A stretch of DNA of 64,000 nucleotides from Nitrospirota bacterium (GCA_963699545.1 CAVOUE010000003.1:512001-576000), one strand, 5' to 3'; positions 45,402 through 56,918 are shown, counted from the stretch's first letter. The notes: a model not told the origin generated them from the letters alone. A program made the numbers and translations.

Positions 45402-46040
45402 CTAATCTACCAATTTGTTCTGAATTGCGTAGTGGGTTAATTCAGCATTGTTCTTCATGTTCATCTTTTCAAGGATGCGAGCCCTATAGGTGCTGATGGT
45501 CTTGGCGCTCAGCGTCAGCTTCTCCGCGATCTCCCCCACGGTTTTTCCCGAAGCGATCATGCACAATACCTGGTATTCACGGTCTGAAAGCATTTCGTGA
45601 GCAGGCTTTGAGGCATCAACTTCAAGGTCAACAGCCAATTTCTCAGCCAGCGAGGGACTGACATACTTCTTCCCCTGCGCAACTTTGCGCAGTGCCACTA
45701 CCAGTTCATCCGGTGCACTCTCCTTTGTCAAATAGCCTGAAGCACCAGCCCGCAAAACCCGGACCGCATATTGCTCCTCGGGGTACATGCTTAAGACAAG
45801 GACAGGGAGTTTGGGGTTTTCCGTTTTCAGTTCTCTCAGGATATCGAGGCCGCTCTTGCCGGGCATGGAGATATCGAGCAAGAGGACGTCATACTGGCTT
45901 TGTTTCACCTTTTCCATCACTTCAAAGCCGTTGCTCGCTTCCCCTGTTACGACCATGTCCTGGGTCTCTGCCAGGATCTGCTTCAACCCCTTACGGACAA
46001 TGGTGTGATCATCGGCAATCAGAATATTTATCATACCCAC
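45402..46040 (-). CDS. NarL/LuxR-family response regulator
   Basis: IADDH, LDISMPG, YLTK, LSDREYQV, KTISTYR. Confidence 0.95.
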   Translation of the reverse strand: MGMINILIADDHTIVRKGLKQILAETQDMVVTGEASNGFEVMEKVKQSQYDVLLLDISMPGKSGLDILRELKTENPKLPVLVLSMYPEEQYAVRVLRAGASGYLTKESAPDELVVALRKVAQGKKYVSPSLAEKLAVDLEVDASKPAHEMLSDREYQVLCMIASGKTVGEIAEKLTLSAKTISTYRARILEKMNMKNNAELTHYAIQNKLVD

Positions 46041-46108
46041 ACTATACTATACGGGAATAATAAAAGTGGAACATCGGGGAAATCCTGATAATTTTGTCAG
46101 TTCCTGTC

Positions 46109-48302
46109 CTACAAGCTCTTCCCATCACTATAGGCTGTTCTTTCGATGGGAATCGTTATAACCAGGGAAGTGCCTTTGTTCCGTGCCCCTGTTATTCTGA
46201 CCTCACCGCCAAAGAAATGGACCCTTTCCCGTATCCCGATGAGCCCGAAGGACTTGGGGTCGGTGAGCTGCTTTTCGGTGAGCCCTTTCCCGTTGTCCTC
46301 CACGCTTAAGAGGATACTCACCGTGTTTTTCTTCCAGGGATACCTTCACTTGTGTTGCCCCGGCATGGCGAATCACATTGGTCAGCGCTTCCTGAAGGAT
46401 GCGGAAAACGGCGGTAGAAATTCCCCTGTCCAAAATGATATCGTCAGGACGGAACGTAACCCGGCATTCGATGCCGGTCCTCTTCTGGAACTCCTCCGCC
46501 TGCCATTCGATGGCCGCGACGAGACCGAGGTCGTCCAGAACCACGGGCCGCAAGTCCGAGGAGATCCTCTTCACCGTGCGGATAGTGGCATCTATGAGTT
46601 TTATCATCGCTTTTGTTTTTTCCGAAAGGGGTTCGTACTCCTTATATTTGTTTCGGAGCCACGATATGTCCATCTTCAGGGCGGTCAATGATTGGCCCAG
46701 TTCATCATGGATCTCACGGGCAATGCTTGTCCTCTCCCGCTCTCTCACCGTATTCAGGTGTGCGGAAAGATTGCGCAGCTGTTCCCGGGAAGACCTCAGG
46801 CGTTCTTCCACAAGCTTGCGCTCGGTGATATCCTGGACCGTTCCTACCATTCGGACCGGCTCACCGGCATCATTGAATGTCACTTCCCCCTGTTCGTGTA
46901 CTATTTTCACTCTTCCATTCTGCAGAACAATACGGTGCTCAATGCCGTATGGTCTTGTCCCCTGCAATGCCTCATTGATGGCTTTCTTTACCCCCTCCCT
47001 GTCGTCCGGGTGGACATAGTTTAAAAAGGCGACATAGGTTGTTCCGAACTGTTCAGGGTCGGTTCCGAAAATCTGATAGATTTCATCTGACCAGTGCAGA
47101 TCGTTTGTCAGTATATCCCACTCCCAGTTTCCCAGGCTCGCGATCCTCTGTGCCTCTGAAAGGCGCTTTTCACTCCTCTGAAGCGCTTCATAATTTCTCC
47201 TGAGTTCGTCTTCGATGGAAAACCTGTAGAGGGCTTCTCCGATGAGAGGGGATATCAATTCAATGAACTCTACGATCTTCAGGGAGACCATCCCCGCCTT
47301 CTCATCCGCAAGATGGACGGCGCCCAGTATGCTTCCACGGTACCGCACGGGAATAACGGCAACAGAAGTAAACCCGTTGCGGACACATACGTGGCGGTAC
47401 CTTTCCTTGTCCCTTCCCGCCAGCGATTCCATAAATTTCGATGTGTTATTGGAATAAAATGAACCGTATGGTGTCATTGCGGACATCTCCTGAAGATCAG
47501 GCGTTGCTTTGATAACCCGGATACAGACGCACTGGTTTTCTTCTGTGGAGAGACAGTTCTCCAGCTCCCAGAACTCCTCACTAAACCCGGCGTACGACTC
47601 ATACGGTATTTGTTCATGTGCGTCCTTGACCCTGATGCCGGTGCAGCGGCACCCGCTCCATGTGCGGATAAGATCCACTACCGCGTCCAGATATTCTTTC
47701 CGGGACAGCGACCGTGAGAACAACCTCAGGAGTTCATTGTTCGCTGTGATACGCTTCTCCGCTGCCTTGCGCTCGGTAATTTCAGCCTGCAATTCCTTGT
47801 TGGTTGCTGCAAGTTCCGCGGTTCTCTCCAGAACGTGGATCTCCAGTTCGTCGAGCGCCTTCTTCAGCGCTTCTTCTGCCTGTTTGCGCTGGGTGATGTC
47901 AATATGATAAATACGGATAAGGTTGCTTTCTCGGACGTGATGAGTGGCCTGTTCATACCAGGTCTCATCGATCTTGATCTCGCGAACATGCGAATTCCTC
48001 TGATTGTTTTTAAATGGAGCAAGCAGTGTTTCAAAGTTCTGAAGCAGAGAATGCTGAATCCCGAGTTTTGCCAGGTCGGGAAACGTCTCCCTCGCAGAGG
48101 GGTTCGCATAGAGAACTTCTCCTGCAAGGTCCACTTCGATAATGGCATTCGGATTCAGTTCGGGGAAGGAAGCAAGCTTACGATGCTCCTGTTCCGTGAC
48201 CTTGCGACCGGTCACCGTCTTGTTGGATGTCAGGGGCGTCAGTGGGGCCTTCGCTCTAGCGGTTTTCGCTCTTTTTCTTGCCGGGTCCTTCTGATCGCTC
48301 AT
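46109..48302 (-). CDS. PAS/GAF sensor histidine kinase, NarX-type (C-terminal frameshift)
   Basis: PAS, PocR/GAF-like, PAS, IAREIHDELGQ, QEALTNVIRHA; DNGKG..FGLIGIRER in a second frame. Confidence 0.88.
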
Positions 48303-48681
48303 GGCTTGAAGATCCCCTTTCTGTGAATCTGGTTCCGGCACAAGACGGTGAAATCCGTGCCCGGTTGCTCACCGCATCTCCCATGGCAGCGATGATCGCC
48401 TGGGTTTTTGCTTTCTCCTTCTCACCCTCACAAGGGATGCTGCCCGCAGATACACCCTCCACACTGTTGACGATGAAGCCCCTCTGTTACCGGTGGAATG
48501 AAATAGTATATCAAATCGGGCTCCCCGACCACAAATCCCCCGGTCCTGTATGCGACGCCTCAAGTGGAAATGACGGTCCCGCCCGTTTGGAGAGAGGGCT
48601 CCTCGGCTGCGACAGAACGGCTTGGCCTTCCTTCGAATGAAGCGTTCCTTAATGTAGTATAATGCTGACGTAGGATACTGT

Positions 48682-49590
48682 ATGACGATTCTCTACGGTG
48701 TTGTGGTGCACGGGGGGGTTGGATCTCCCGCCGAATTGTCGGATGGCTGCAAAGCCGCGTGTGAGTCGGTATTCCCCCTCCTTGAAGCCGGAATGTCTGC
48801 CCTCGATGCGGCAGTCGAAGCTGTCAGGATTCTTGAAGATGACGGCAGGTTCAATGCGGGAAGCGGATCTGCCCTTCGTCTTGACGGCAGAACCATTGAG
48901 ATGGATGCAGGCGTTATGGATTCGAAAAACAATATCGGGATGGTGATCTCTGTAAGAGGGGTGAAGAACCCTGTGCTTGTGGCCAGGGCAGTCGTGCATA
49001 CCCCTCATGTCGCGCTGTCGGGGCTGGGCGCCTCTGCCTTCGCAAGGAAGCAGGGGTTCCCGCCTTTTTATCAGGTTTCGCCCCGTTCCCTGGAGCGATT
49101 TAAAAAGATACGGGAATTGATAGAGGAGGGCAAACTGGGTCAAGAGAATCCGCGCTGGCAGGGGTATGATGTGGAATCCCTCTGGAATTTTGAAGATATC
49201 TCTTACAGGGACCTCTTCCGCTGCGATACTGTCGGAGCGGTCGCGCTGGACAGGGAAGGGAACACGGCGGTGGCAAATTCCACAGGGGGCGCTTCCCCCA
49301 TGATGCTGGGGAGAGTGGGGGACAGCCCCCTGACAGGCTGCGGATTCTATGCCGGGCCTGCATGCGCAGTGGCTGCCACCGGCATCGGTGAGGAGATCAT
49401 AAAGCGGATGCTGACCAAAACGGTGTACGACATCGTCGCCGCCGGTGTGGAGATTAACGATGCCTGCAAGAAGGGAGTTTCTTTGTTTCCTCCCGAAATT
49501 GCGGCCGGCCTCATCGGCATATCAAAGAAAGGGTATGCTGTGGAGTCGAACAGGGACATGGCGCATTATGTCATGCTGAAAGAGCGGTAG
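48682..49590 (+). CDS. isoaspartyl peptidase/L-asparaginase (Ntn hydrolase)
   Basis: VHGGVG, FNAGSG, EMDA, DTVGAVALD, STGG, GRVGDSP. Confidence 0.92.
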   Translation: MTILYGVVVHGGVGSPAELSDGCKAACESVFPLLEAGMSALDAAVEAVRILEDDGRFNAGSGSALRLDGRTIEMDAGVMDSKNNIGMVISVRGVKNPVLVARAVVHTPHVALSGLGASAFARKQGFPPFYQVSPRSLERFKKIRELIEEGKLGQENPRWQGYDVESLWNFEDISYRDLFRCDTVGAVALDREGNTAVANSTGGASPMMLGRVGDSPLTGCGFYAGPACAVAATGIGEEIIKRMLTKTVYDIVAAGVEINDACKKGVSLFPPEIAAGLIGISKKGYAVESNRDMAHYVMLKER

Positions 49591-49622
49591 TCTAAAAGAC
49601 TTCAAGGGGCATCACGCATTCG

Positions 49623-51096
49623 CTATCTCAGGTTCCTGAGCAGCGTTTCAAATACCGCGTCCGCTCCCCATAGCGTAGAGTCAATGGGGTGGGTGTTCTT
49701 GTTTTTCCTGTACCTGCCATTCAGCCTGGAATATTCAATGAAGGCCCGTGGCGTCAGGTCCCACCCCCTCTTGTTAAGGAGCTGGGCCTTGTCAGCCGGC
49801 GTCAGCTTCTCCCATGGCAGGGTGTGCCCCTTGTAACCTACAAGCCTTTCCCACGTTTCCGGATAGGTGTCTTTAAGAAATTCCATGTATCTGTATGAAT
49901 AGTCCCTTGCCCTTGCCCTGTTTTCATCATTGTGGTCAGGGTCATTCTTTTTCCCGAAGAGTTTTGACATAGAGGTATGCTGTGCATTGGTGATCCCCTT
50001 GTGCGTTGCCAGGTCCTGGATTCCATGAAGGACATAGCCGAGAAAGAATAACCCGGAGCGGACATCTTTTCCCGTGCTCCGAACCAGCCTGCGAGAGAGG
50101 TCTCTCATCCATCGTACATAGTTTCCTTCTGCCTGTTCTCTGGATTCAATGGTTCTTCCTTCGTTATCGTTGTCTGTCTGGGCGTGGGCGGCAGGGGTGT
50201 ACCAGTCATAAAAGTCCGGGTCTTGGGAGGCATCGCCAGCCACCTCCACGGCATTGCCGGAAAAACCGGATGCTCTCAGGATATCTCCCGTGATTTCACA
50301 GTGGCCTGGCTCCCAGTCACCCGTTATTCGGGAGAGCCAGCCCCCCGAGGGAAGTCGCGTCTTTCTCATATTGACCTTTCTGCCGCGCAGCCTGAGATAT
50401 TTTTCAAGAGCCAAGGCCTTTGAACCGGCAGTGTTTTCGGGAAAGATCTCCCAGAGATGGTGATGATTAAAGCAGTAATAGGGTTTATATTGGAAGGACT
50501 GGCCGGGAATGGTGAGCTTATCCGCCTCAGGCATTCGGGAGGGTACAGTGTCGAGTGTGCTTTCGAGGATGCACCATTGTCCTGACTCGTTCTTGTATGC
50601 GGGCCAACAGTGGCCCCCCAGGGATCTGCCGTTTTCGTCGAACACTTCGCCCAGGACCACGCGGACACAGAAAGGACTTATTCCGCATGTGATGAGGAGG
50701 CTTGCAAGGAGCAAACTCGCGTCCTGACAGTCTCCCCTTTCTCAGGGCACAGACTTCAGGGGGAAAGAGCCAGAAGTCTTCTTCCCCCCGCTTCTCGCTA
50801 TCATGTACGTAGCTCACATTCCGCGCGATGAAATCCCAGAGGATCATTGCCCGCTTGTCAAAATCACCCGGTCCTCTGCTTGTGGGCAGTCCTTTCTCGT
50901 TCACAAGTCTTCTGACGATCCCTTTCAAAATATTGTTGTCCTCAAAGGAGATCCACTCCCTGATATCAGTCTTGATCTGCGTGTCAGGACTCCCGATAAC
51001 AAACCGCTTGTCCTCAGTGATGGTGTCCTGGATTATCAGGTCTCCTTCCCAGCGATAGGAGAGTGTATTTACTCTTTCTCGGATGCTTCCGGGCAT
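49623..51096 (-). CDS. transglutaminase-like domain fused to a Zn-dependent phospholipase C/P1-like domain (one frameshift near 50735)
   Basis: FWLFPPE, reconstructed KGDCQDAS, GGHCW, ILEST; then WEPGHCEIT, DPD, AH, LHGIQDLATH. Confidence 0.65.
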
Positions 51097-51481
51097 CGGG
51101 GTCTCCTGCAATGTTTGACGGCAATGAGCAGGGCAACGGCACTGATGGATACGCAGATTGCCTCACTTTTCCTTTTGTGCATGACTGCTCTCCTTAAGGG
51201 GGGCGCCGAAGCCGCAAGGACAGATATCGGCGGAGAACTCTGCGGCTCCGGTAACCCGGTTTCCAGGATAGTATCGCAGGAGAGCGCAGTGGCTGGCTAT
51301 ACATTTCTTGCTTTTCTTTCTGCAGATATTGCTGTTTTATAACGTTATAATGACATGTGAAGGTGCAGAAGATGATGATATCAGCGCATGAGGCAAAGGG
51401 ATAAAGCGAGAAAGAGGTTCTCCATGTGGAGGCGGTGAGGTGAGAGCGTGTATACCGGCGGGCGACCGCGCAAAGAGTCCG

Positions 51482-52954
51482 TTATGGCGAGAGAGCTTCC
51501 CCCGGCTTCAGTGACTGTTGTATCTGATCCAGTCCTTTCCTTGCCTTGGCGTTCTCCGGGTCCAGTCTCAGGGCCTTTTCGAACTGGTGCTGCGCCCTTT
51601 TACTGAGTCCCGCTTTGAGGTAGAGGTGACCGAGGTTTGCATAGTGCTCACCGCTGAAAGGCTCCAGTTTGATCGCCTGAAGAAGTGCCTCCTCGGCCTC
51701 TTTCAGCCTGTTTGGTATCTTGCTGAGGGAAAGGGAGAGATAGCTCCAAGCCTTCGGGTTTTTCGGAAAATTCCTTGTCACCAACCTGAAAAGTTCAGCT
51801 GCTCCCCAGTAGTTTCCCCTCTTGAACTCTTCAACCCCCCTCCTGAACTGTTCCTCTAAAAGGGCGGCATGGGTATCCTCGGACTCTTTTTTTACCGTTC
51901 CAAGGGAACGGAAATACTCAGACCTCTTCGCTTCATCCTTCACGGTGTCGTATGCCTTCGTGGCAACATCGAAGATGGCGGCGACCTTACTTTTCAACTC
52001 AATGTCGTCTGAATGATGGACCCTGTCAGGATGAAACTCTTTTACCAGCCGGTAATAGTTCCTTTTTATCTCCTCGAGGGGTGAATGCTCATTGATCTGG
52101 AGCAGGTCGGCAGGGCTCATATCATGGAGTTTTTCGTGCAATTCGTCCACTTTTTGCTTCAAGGCCTCCTCATCTTGCGCCACGGATTCCAGGATCTCCT
52201 CTCCGATGTTGACGGTCCCTTCTTGTGCCTTGCCGGGCATTTCCCTCTCGACGATGAACCCCGTTGACCACAGGACATAGAGGGTCTTCATCACATCAAA
52301 GGAATTCACGCGGGATTCCTCTATTAACTGATTAATGCTCCTTTTCCCGTCCACGAGGGAGAGGATGGTTCTGTCAAGGGAGGACAGATCGATCCCCTTA
52401 GAAATACCCGCGTGATCTTCATTCAGTCTGAAGACGGTCTTTACATCGGGCATCTCCTTCCGGATGTTCGTTATCGTGCCGATCCGGCTGACCCCTTCGC
52501 AGATGAGGTTGTTCATGCTGATCTTCAGGGTAATGACCTCATCAGGGGGGACGGCGTTCTCATTGAATTCGTATTCGCCATCCTCGATCTGGAAGATACT
52601 GCAGATGATCTCTTTCACCTGATACTTGACACCCCAGAAAAGGTCCTTTGGTGTTATATACCCAAGGTCTACCAGGATGGCGCCCTGCCGTTTCTTCGAA
52701 GTTTTCAGGAACTTCGCAGACGTATCGTACTGCTCCAGGCTGATCTTGCCGGCCTTTACCAGCATCTCCCCCAGCCTGTCATCCTCGAAAGTGGAAGAGG
52801 CAAAGATGACGCTGCCGTCCCTCACATAGATGCTCTTTGTGAAACGCGGGGTGGTAACGGCAAGGGTCCCGGTTGCCTTGTCCCTGTTGAGTTCGTTCAG
52901 GATCTTCGGTAGGCTGAACTCTTTAAGATTTCCCCTGTGCGGTATGTTCATCAA
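51482..52954 (-). CDS. DUF4388 + DnaJ-like + TPR protein
   Basis: GNLKEFSLP, RLGEMLV, KEFHPD, TPR repeats. Confidence 0.85.
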   Translation of the reverse strand: MMNIPHRGNLKEFSLPKILNELNRDKATGTLAVTTPRFTKSIYVRDGSVIFASSTFEDDRLGEMLVKAGKISLEQYDTSAKFLKTSKKRQGAILVDLGYITPKDLFWGVKYQVKEIICSIFQIEDGEYEFNENAVPPDEVITLKISMNNLICEGVSRIGTITNIRKEMPDVKTVFRLNEDHAGISKGIDLSSLDRTILSLVDGKRSINQLIEESRVNSFDVMKTLYVLWSTGFIVEREMPGKAQEGTVNIGEEILESVAQDEEALKQKVDELHEKLHDMSPADLLQINEHSPLEEIKRNYYRLVKEFHPDRVHHSDDIELKSKVAAIFDVATKAYDTVKDEAKRSEYFRSLGTVKKESEDTHAALLEEQFRRGVEEFKRGNYWGAAELFRLVTRNFPKNPKAWSYLSLSLSKIPNRLKEAEEALLQAIKLEPFSGEHYANLGHLYLKAGLSKRAQHQFEKALRLDPENAKARKGLDQIQQSLKPGEALSP

Positions 52955-53457
52955 TGAAACCTTCTCACCTCGAACCGATATATTTCGGCGTCTTCATCCT
53001 GCCCCATCCCTGCCTTCATCTTTGCGATCCTGATCTGTTCTTCCGCGGTGTCCACCCCCTCAAGGTCAGGCAGGAGGAGTCCTTTCATTCCTCCTTTGAC
53101 AACGATCACCCCATATTTCCCGGGATCCAGGTCCCGCACGTCATGTATCTTTTCCGGGGGAGAGAGGATATCCACAGAGTATTCCAGGGAAGGGAGCTCA
53201 TCCTTCCCTACAGGCAAGAAACGGGGATCCTGCGTCGCGGCCGATATGGCATTTCGTATGGTCTCATCAGCCACCGTGCCGTAGCAGGGCATGAAGGTCC
53301 CGATACATCCCTTCAGCTGGCCGTGCATTTTCAGGCAGACGAAGACCCCGGCCTTTTCGCTCATCTCCGGGCTGAGGTCTTTCGGTACGGGAAGCGTTTT
53401 CCCGTACCGGATATATTCCTCAACCGCTTTCTTTGCCAGTTCAACAACAGGGTGCAT
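52951..53457 (-). CDS. amrA: AmmeMemoRadiSam system protein A (AMMECR1 domain)
   Basis: GVFVCL, LKGCIGT, DPRF, YSVDIL, GLLLPDLEGV. Confidence 0.9.
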   Translation of the reverse strand: MHPVVELAKKAVEEYIRYGKTLPVPKDLSPEMSEKAGVFVCLKMHGQLKGCIGTFMPCYGTVADETIRNAISAATQDPRFLPVGKDELPSLEYSVDILSPPEKIHDVRDLDPGKYGVIVVKGGMKGLLLPDLEGVDTAEEQIRIAKMKAGMGQDEDAEIYRFEVRRFH

Positions 53458-54431
53458 TATCTGTCCCTTTCAAGGGCATAATCTGATATTCCCATCAGGG
53501 CATCTTTCCCGGGTGAGGGGGGGAAGAGGTTCAGTTCGCTCTTTGCTTCCCTGACCAGTTCGCGCGCAATCCTGTGGGATTTTTCTATGACGCTGTGCGT
53601 TTCAAAAAGGAGGAGGATTCTCTTTAGGTCGTGCTCATCCGAGACGCCATTTTTTATGATTTTCTTTGTTTCCGCCGCTTCTTCAGCACCGGCAACGCCG
53701 AGGAGGTATATGAGGGGCAGGGTGATCTTGCCTTCTTCGAGGTCCTTCCCGAGCTTTTTCCCAAGTCCTTTTTCGTCGGCCATATAATCGAGGATATCAT
53801 CCACCATCTGAAACGCCATGCCGATCTTCATTCCGAATCTCGCCAGGGCATCTTCCTTCTCTCCGGAAAGCCCGCCGATGATACCCCCTATTCTGCATGC
53901 CGCAGATATGAGGGCGCCGGTCTTTGCAGAGATAATCCGGTAGTATTCTTCTTCCGTTATCTCGGGGTCTGCCACCCTGTTCAACTGGAGGACCTCTCCC
54001 TCTGTCATCATGGTGGTTGCCTCTGAAAGGGCCTCCATCACCCTCTGATCCCTCTGGAGCACCGCCAGCCTGAGGGCGTTGGAATAGAGGAAGTCGCCCA
54101 CAAGGATAACAATCTGATTGCCCCAGAGCTTATGCGCTGTCTGCTTTCCTCGCCTCAATTCGGCGCCATCCACCACATCATCGTGAAGGAGGGACGCAGT
54201 ATGGATGGCCTCAATGATGCTGGCGAGAACGATCCTGTTCTCGCCCCTGTATCCGGCAAGGTCGGCACTCAGGAGAAGGAAAAGAGGCCTCAGTCTCTTG
54301 CCGCCTCCCCCTACGATATGCTCGCCGATCAAGGGCAACAGGGGGGCGTCACTGGAAAATATCTCTTTCAGATTCTTTTCCACCATGGTGAGGTCATGTT
54401 TGTACAGGGGGAAAATATCGTGGATTGTCAT
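53457..54431 (-). CDS. polyprenyl diphosphate synthase
   Basis: GGKRLRP, LLHDDVVD, RRG, FQMVDD; ATG at 54431 overlaps the mtnA stop. Confidence 0.92.
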   Translation of the reverse strand: MTIHDIFPLYKHDLTMVEKNLKEIFSSDAPLLPLIGEHIVGGGGKRLRPLFLLLSADLAGYRGENRIVLASIIEAIHTASLLHDDVVDGAELRRGKQTAHKLWGNQIVILVGDFLYSNALRLAVLQRDQRVMEALSEATTMMTEGEVLQLNRVADPEITEEEYYRIISAKTGALISAACRIGGIIGGLSGEKEDALARFGMKIGMAFQMVDDILDYMADEKGLGKKLGKDLEEGKITLPLIYLLGVAGAEEAAETKKIIKNGVSDEHDLKRILLLFETHSVIEKSHRIARELVREAKSELNLFPPSPGKDALMGISDYALERDR

Positions 54432-55543
54432 CGTCTTACAGGAGGAACAAAAGCTTTCCTTCGTGTTCCCTTCCACGTCTTCCTCATTATGTTCTTAATA
54501 TCGCCGGGGCGAATAATACCCTTCTCAGTAATTATACCAGTAATGTACCGGTGAGGTGTTATATCGAACGCCATGTTCTTCACACTGATGCCTTCAGGAG
54601 CGATCCGAACAGAGCCCCATGAACACACGTTGTCCTGCGTCTGCACCCTGCCGTAGATGCAGGTAACCTCTGAGGGATCCCGTTCCTCAATGGGGATCTG
54701 ATCCCCCGTGGAGATCGAAAGGTCGATACTGCTCAGCGGCGCCGCTACGTAAAAGGGTATGCCGTGTTCCTTGGCAAGCACTGCCACGGCGTAGGTGCCT
54801 ATCTTGTTCGCCACATCCCCGTTTCTCACTGTCCTGTCGGTTCCCACAATCACAAGGTCTATCTCACCCCTCCTCATCAATGCGCCCGCCGAGTTGTCGG
54901 CGATGAGGGTGACCGGGATCCCTTCCTGGACCAGTTCCCATGCGGTGAGCCTTGCACCCTGCAGCACCGGTCTTGTCTCGTCAGCGAAGACCCGGATCTG
55001 TTTCCCCTGATCCCTGGCAAAAAGCATGGGCGCTGTGGCGGTACCATATCCCCCGGTGGCGAGGGCACCGGCATTGCAGTGGGTGAGGATAGTGTCACCA
55101 TCCCGTATGAGTTTTGCGCCGAATCTTCCGATGGCCTTGTTCACCTCGATATCCTCATCCAATATCTTTCCGGCCTCAGCAACAAGCATCTTCTTCAGCG
55201 TTGCAACTGACTTCTCCCTGTGGGCGAGGAGGTGTTTCTTGAGGCGGTCTACCGCCCATTTGATGTTCACCGCCGTGGGGCGGGTGGAAAGCATTGCATC
55301 GCATATTGGTTCCAGCCTTTCCATGAATTCATCGAAGCCCGCGGCTTTTATATCTTTTGCCCCCAGCGCGATCCCCATGGCGGCAGCGATGCCGATAGCA
55401 GGCGCCCCCCGGATCCAGAGCTTTCTGATCCCCTCCGCCACCAGCCGGTAATCGGTGCATTCGATGAACCTCACCTCGGCGGGAAGCCTGCTCTGGTCGA
55501 GCATGACGACCTTATTGTTCTTCCACGCTATGGCGCGTACCAT
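54428..55543 (-). CDS. mtnA: S-methyl-5-thioribose-1-phosphate isomerase
   Basis: IRGAPAIG, TRPTAVN, THCNAGALAT, ETRP, ANKIGTY. Confidence 0.93.
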   Translation of the reverse strand: MVRAIAWKNNKVVMLDQSRLPAEVRFIECTDYRLVAEGIRKLWIRGAPAIGIAAAMGIALGAKDIKAAGFDEFMERLEPICDAMLSTRPTAVNIKWAVDRLKKHLLAHREKSVATLKKMLVAEAGKILDEDIEVNKAIGRFGAKLIRDGDTILTHCNAGALATGGYGTATAPMLFARDQGKQIRVFADETRPVLQGARLTAWELVQEGIPVTLIADNSAGALMRRGEIDLVIVGTDRTVRNGDVANKIGTYAVAVLAKEHGIPFYVAAPLSSIDLSISTGDQIPIEERDPSEVTCIYGRVQTQDNVCSWGSVRIAPEGISVKNMAFDITPHRYITGIITEKGIIRPGDIKNIMRKTWKGTRRKAFVPPVRR

Positions 55544-56785
55544 TTACCCTTTTCCTCCTAGGGGGATGAGTAAGGTGATAACCAGAAAGGCGGTGAGGCC
55601 TATGATCACTATCACCGTTCCCCATGCTATATAATTATAGCTTTTTGGATTCGTATATGCTCCCATGAGGCTCTTGTTGTTTATCAGCGAGAGGGCATAG
55701 ATGAGGACGAAGGGCAACAAGAGCCCGTTAACGACAGAGGAAAGCACCATCAGGAAGACGAGAGGGGCTCCAGGGATCAGGATCAGGAGCGCTGCCACTA
55801 CAATGGTGAGGGTGTATATCCACATGAACTGCGGAGCTTCCTTGAATGTTTTGTTTATCCCTGCCTCCCATCCCATAGCCTCACAGACAAAATAGGCTGT
55901 AGAGATGGGAACTATAATGGCACCGAGCAAGGAAGCATTGGCGAGACAGAAAGCGAATATGAGAGATGCGTAGTCCCCTGCAAGGGGTTTCAGGGCCATT
56001 GCCGCCTCTGTTGCTTCATTTATCCTGATCCCCCGGGGAAACAGGAGCGTGCCGCAGGTTACGATAATGAAAAAACTGATTACGTCGGTTAAAAGACAAC
56101 CGCTCACAACATCAATCCGCGATGTCTTGTAGTTCTCTTTCGTGACCCCCTTTTCCACAATGGAGGACTGGAGATAGAACTGCATCCACGGGGTGATGGT
56201 CGTTCCTATGATGGCTATGCTGAGCATCACATACTCCGCATCCCACTGCACGTGCGGTACAAACGTGCTCTTCGCTATGACCGCCCAGTCCGGCTTTGCC
56301 ATAACGCCGGATACGATGTAGCCCAGATAGACGAAGCAAGCGATGAGAAGTATCCCCTCCACAAAGCGATAACTTCCTTTGGTCACCAGCATCCAGATGG
56401 ATATGGCTCCCAGCGGGACCATAATATACTTGCTTATCCCGAGGATCTCTGTGCTGGCTGCCCATCCTGCAAAGTTGGCGACCGTGGTCCCAAAGTTTGC
56501 AACGAGAAGGCCCAACATCATGAAGAAGGTCGTCTTCACCCCATAGTTCTCCCGTATGAGGTAAGAGAGTCCTTTCCCCGTTATTACCCCCAGCCGGGCG
56601 ACCATCTCTTGGATGACCACAAGGGCGATGGTCGTGGGGATAAGGGTCCAGAGGAGTCCGTACCCAAAACGCGCACCTGCAACAGAGTACGTAGTGATGC
56701 CGCTGGCATCATTATCGATGTTCGCAGTGATGATGCCGGGACCGACAATCGATCCGATGACCATCATTTTTTTCCAGAATTTCAT
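55544..56785 (-). CDS. NRAMP-family divalent metal transporter
   Basis: GPGIITANIDNDASGITTYS, QEMVARLG, GTTITPWMQF. Confidence 0.9.
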   Translation of the reverse strand: MKFWKKMMVIGSIVGPGIITANIDNDASGITTYSVAGARFGYGLLWTLIPTTIALVVIQEMVARLGVITGKGLSYLIRENYGVKTTFFMMLGLLVANFGTTVANFAGWAASTEILGISKYIMVPLGAISIWMLVTKGSYRFVEGILLIACFVYLGYIVSGVMAKPDWAVIAKSTFVPHVQWDAEYVMLSIAIIGTTITPWMQFYLQSSIVEKGVTKENYKTSRIDVVSGCLLTDVISFFIIVTCGTLLFPRGIRINEATEAAMALKPLAGDYASLIFAFCLANASLLGAIIVPISTAYFVCEAMGWEAGINKTFKEAPQFMWIYTLTIVVAALLILIPGAPLVFLMVLSSVVNGLLLPFVLIYALSLINNKSLMGAYTNPKSYNYIAWGTVIVIIGLTAFLVITLLIPLGGKG

Positions 56786-56918
56786 TGCCGTCTCCCATGC
56801 CCTTTCGCGTAAGGAAAATATTATATCTGATGGTGCGTATATTTTTCCTGGCGCTTATTTTTTCTTGTGAGGTAACTGCTGTTTGTGGTAACATATTAAA
56901 CTTTATGGAGGTGTAGCG

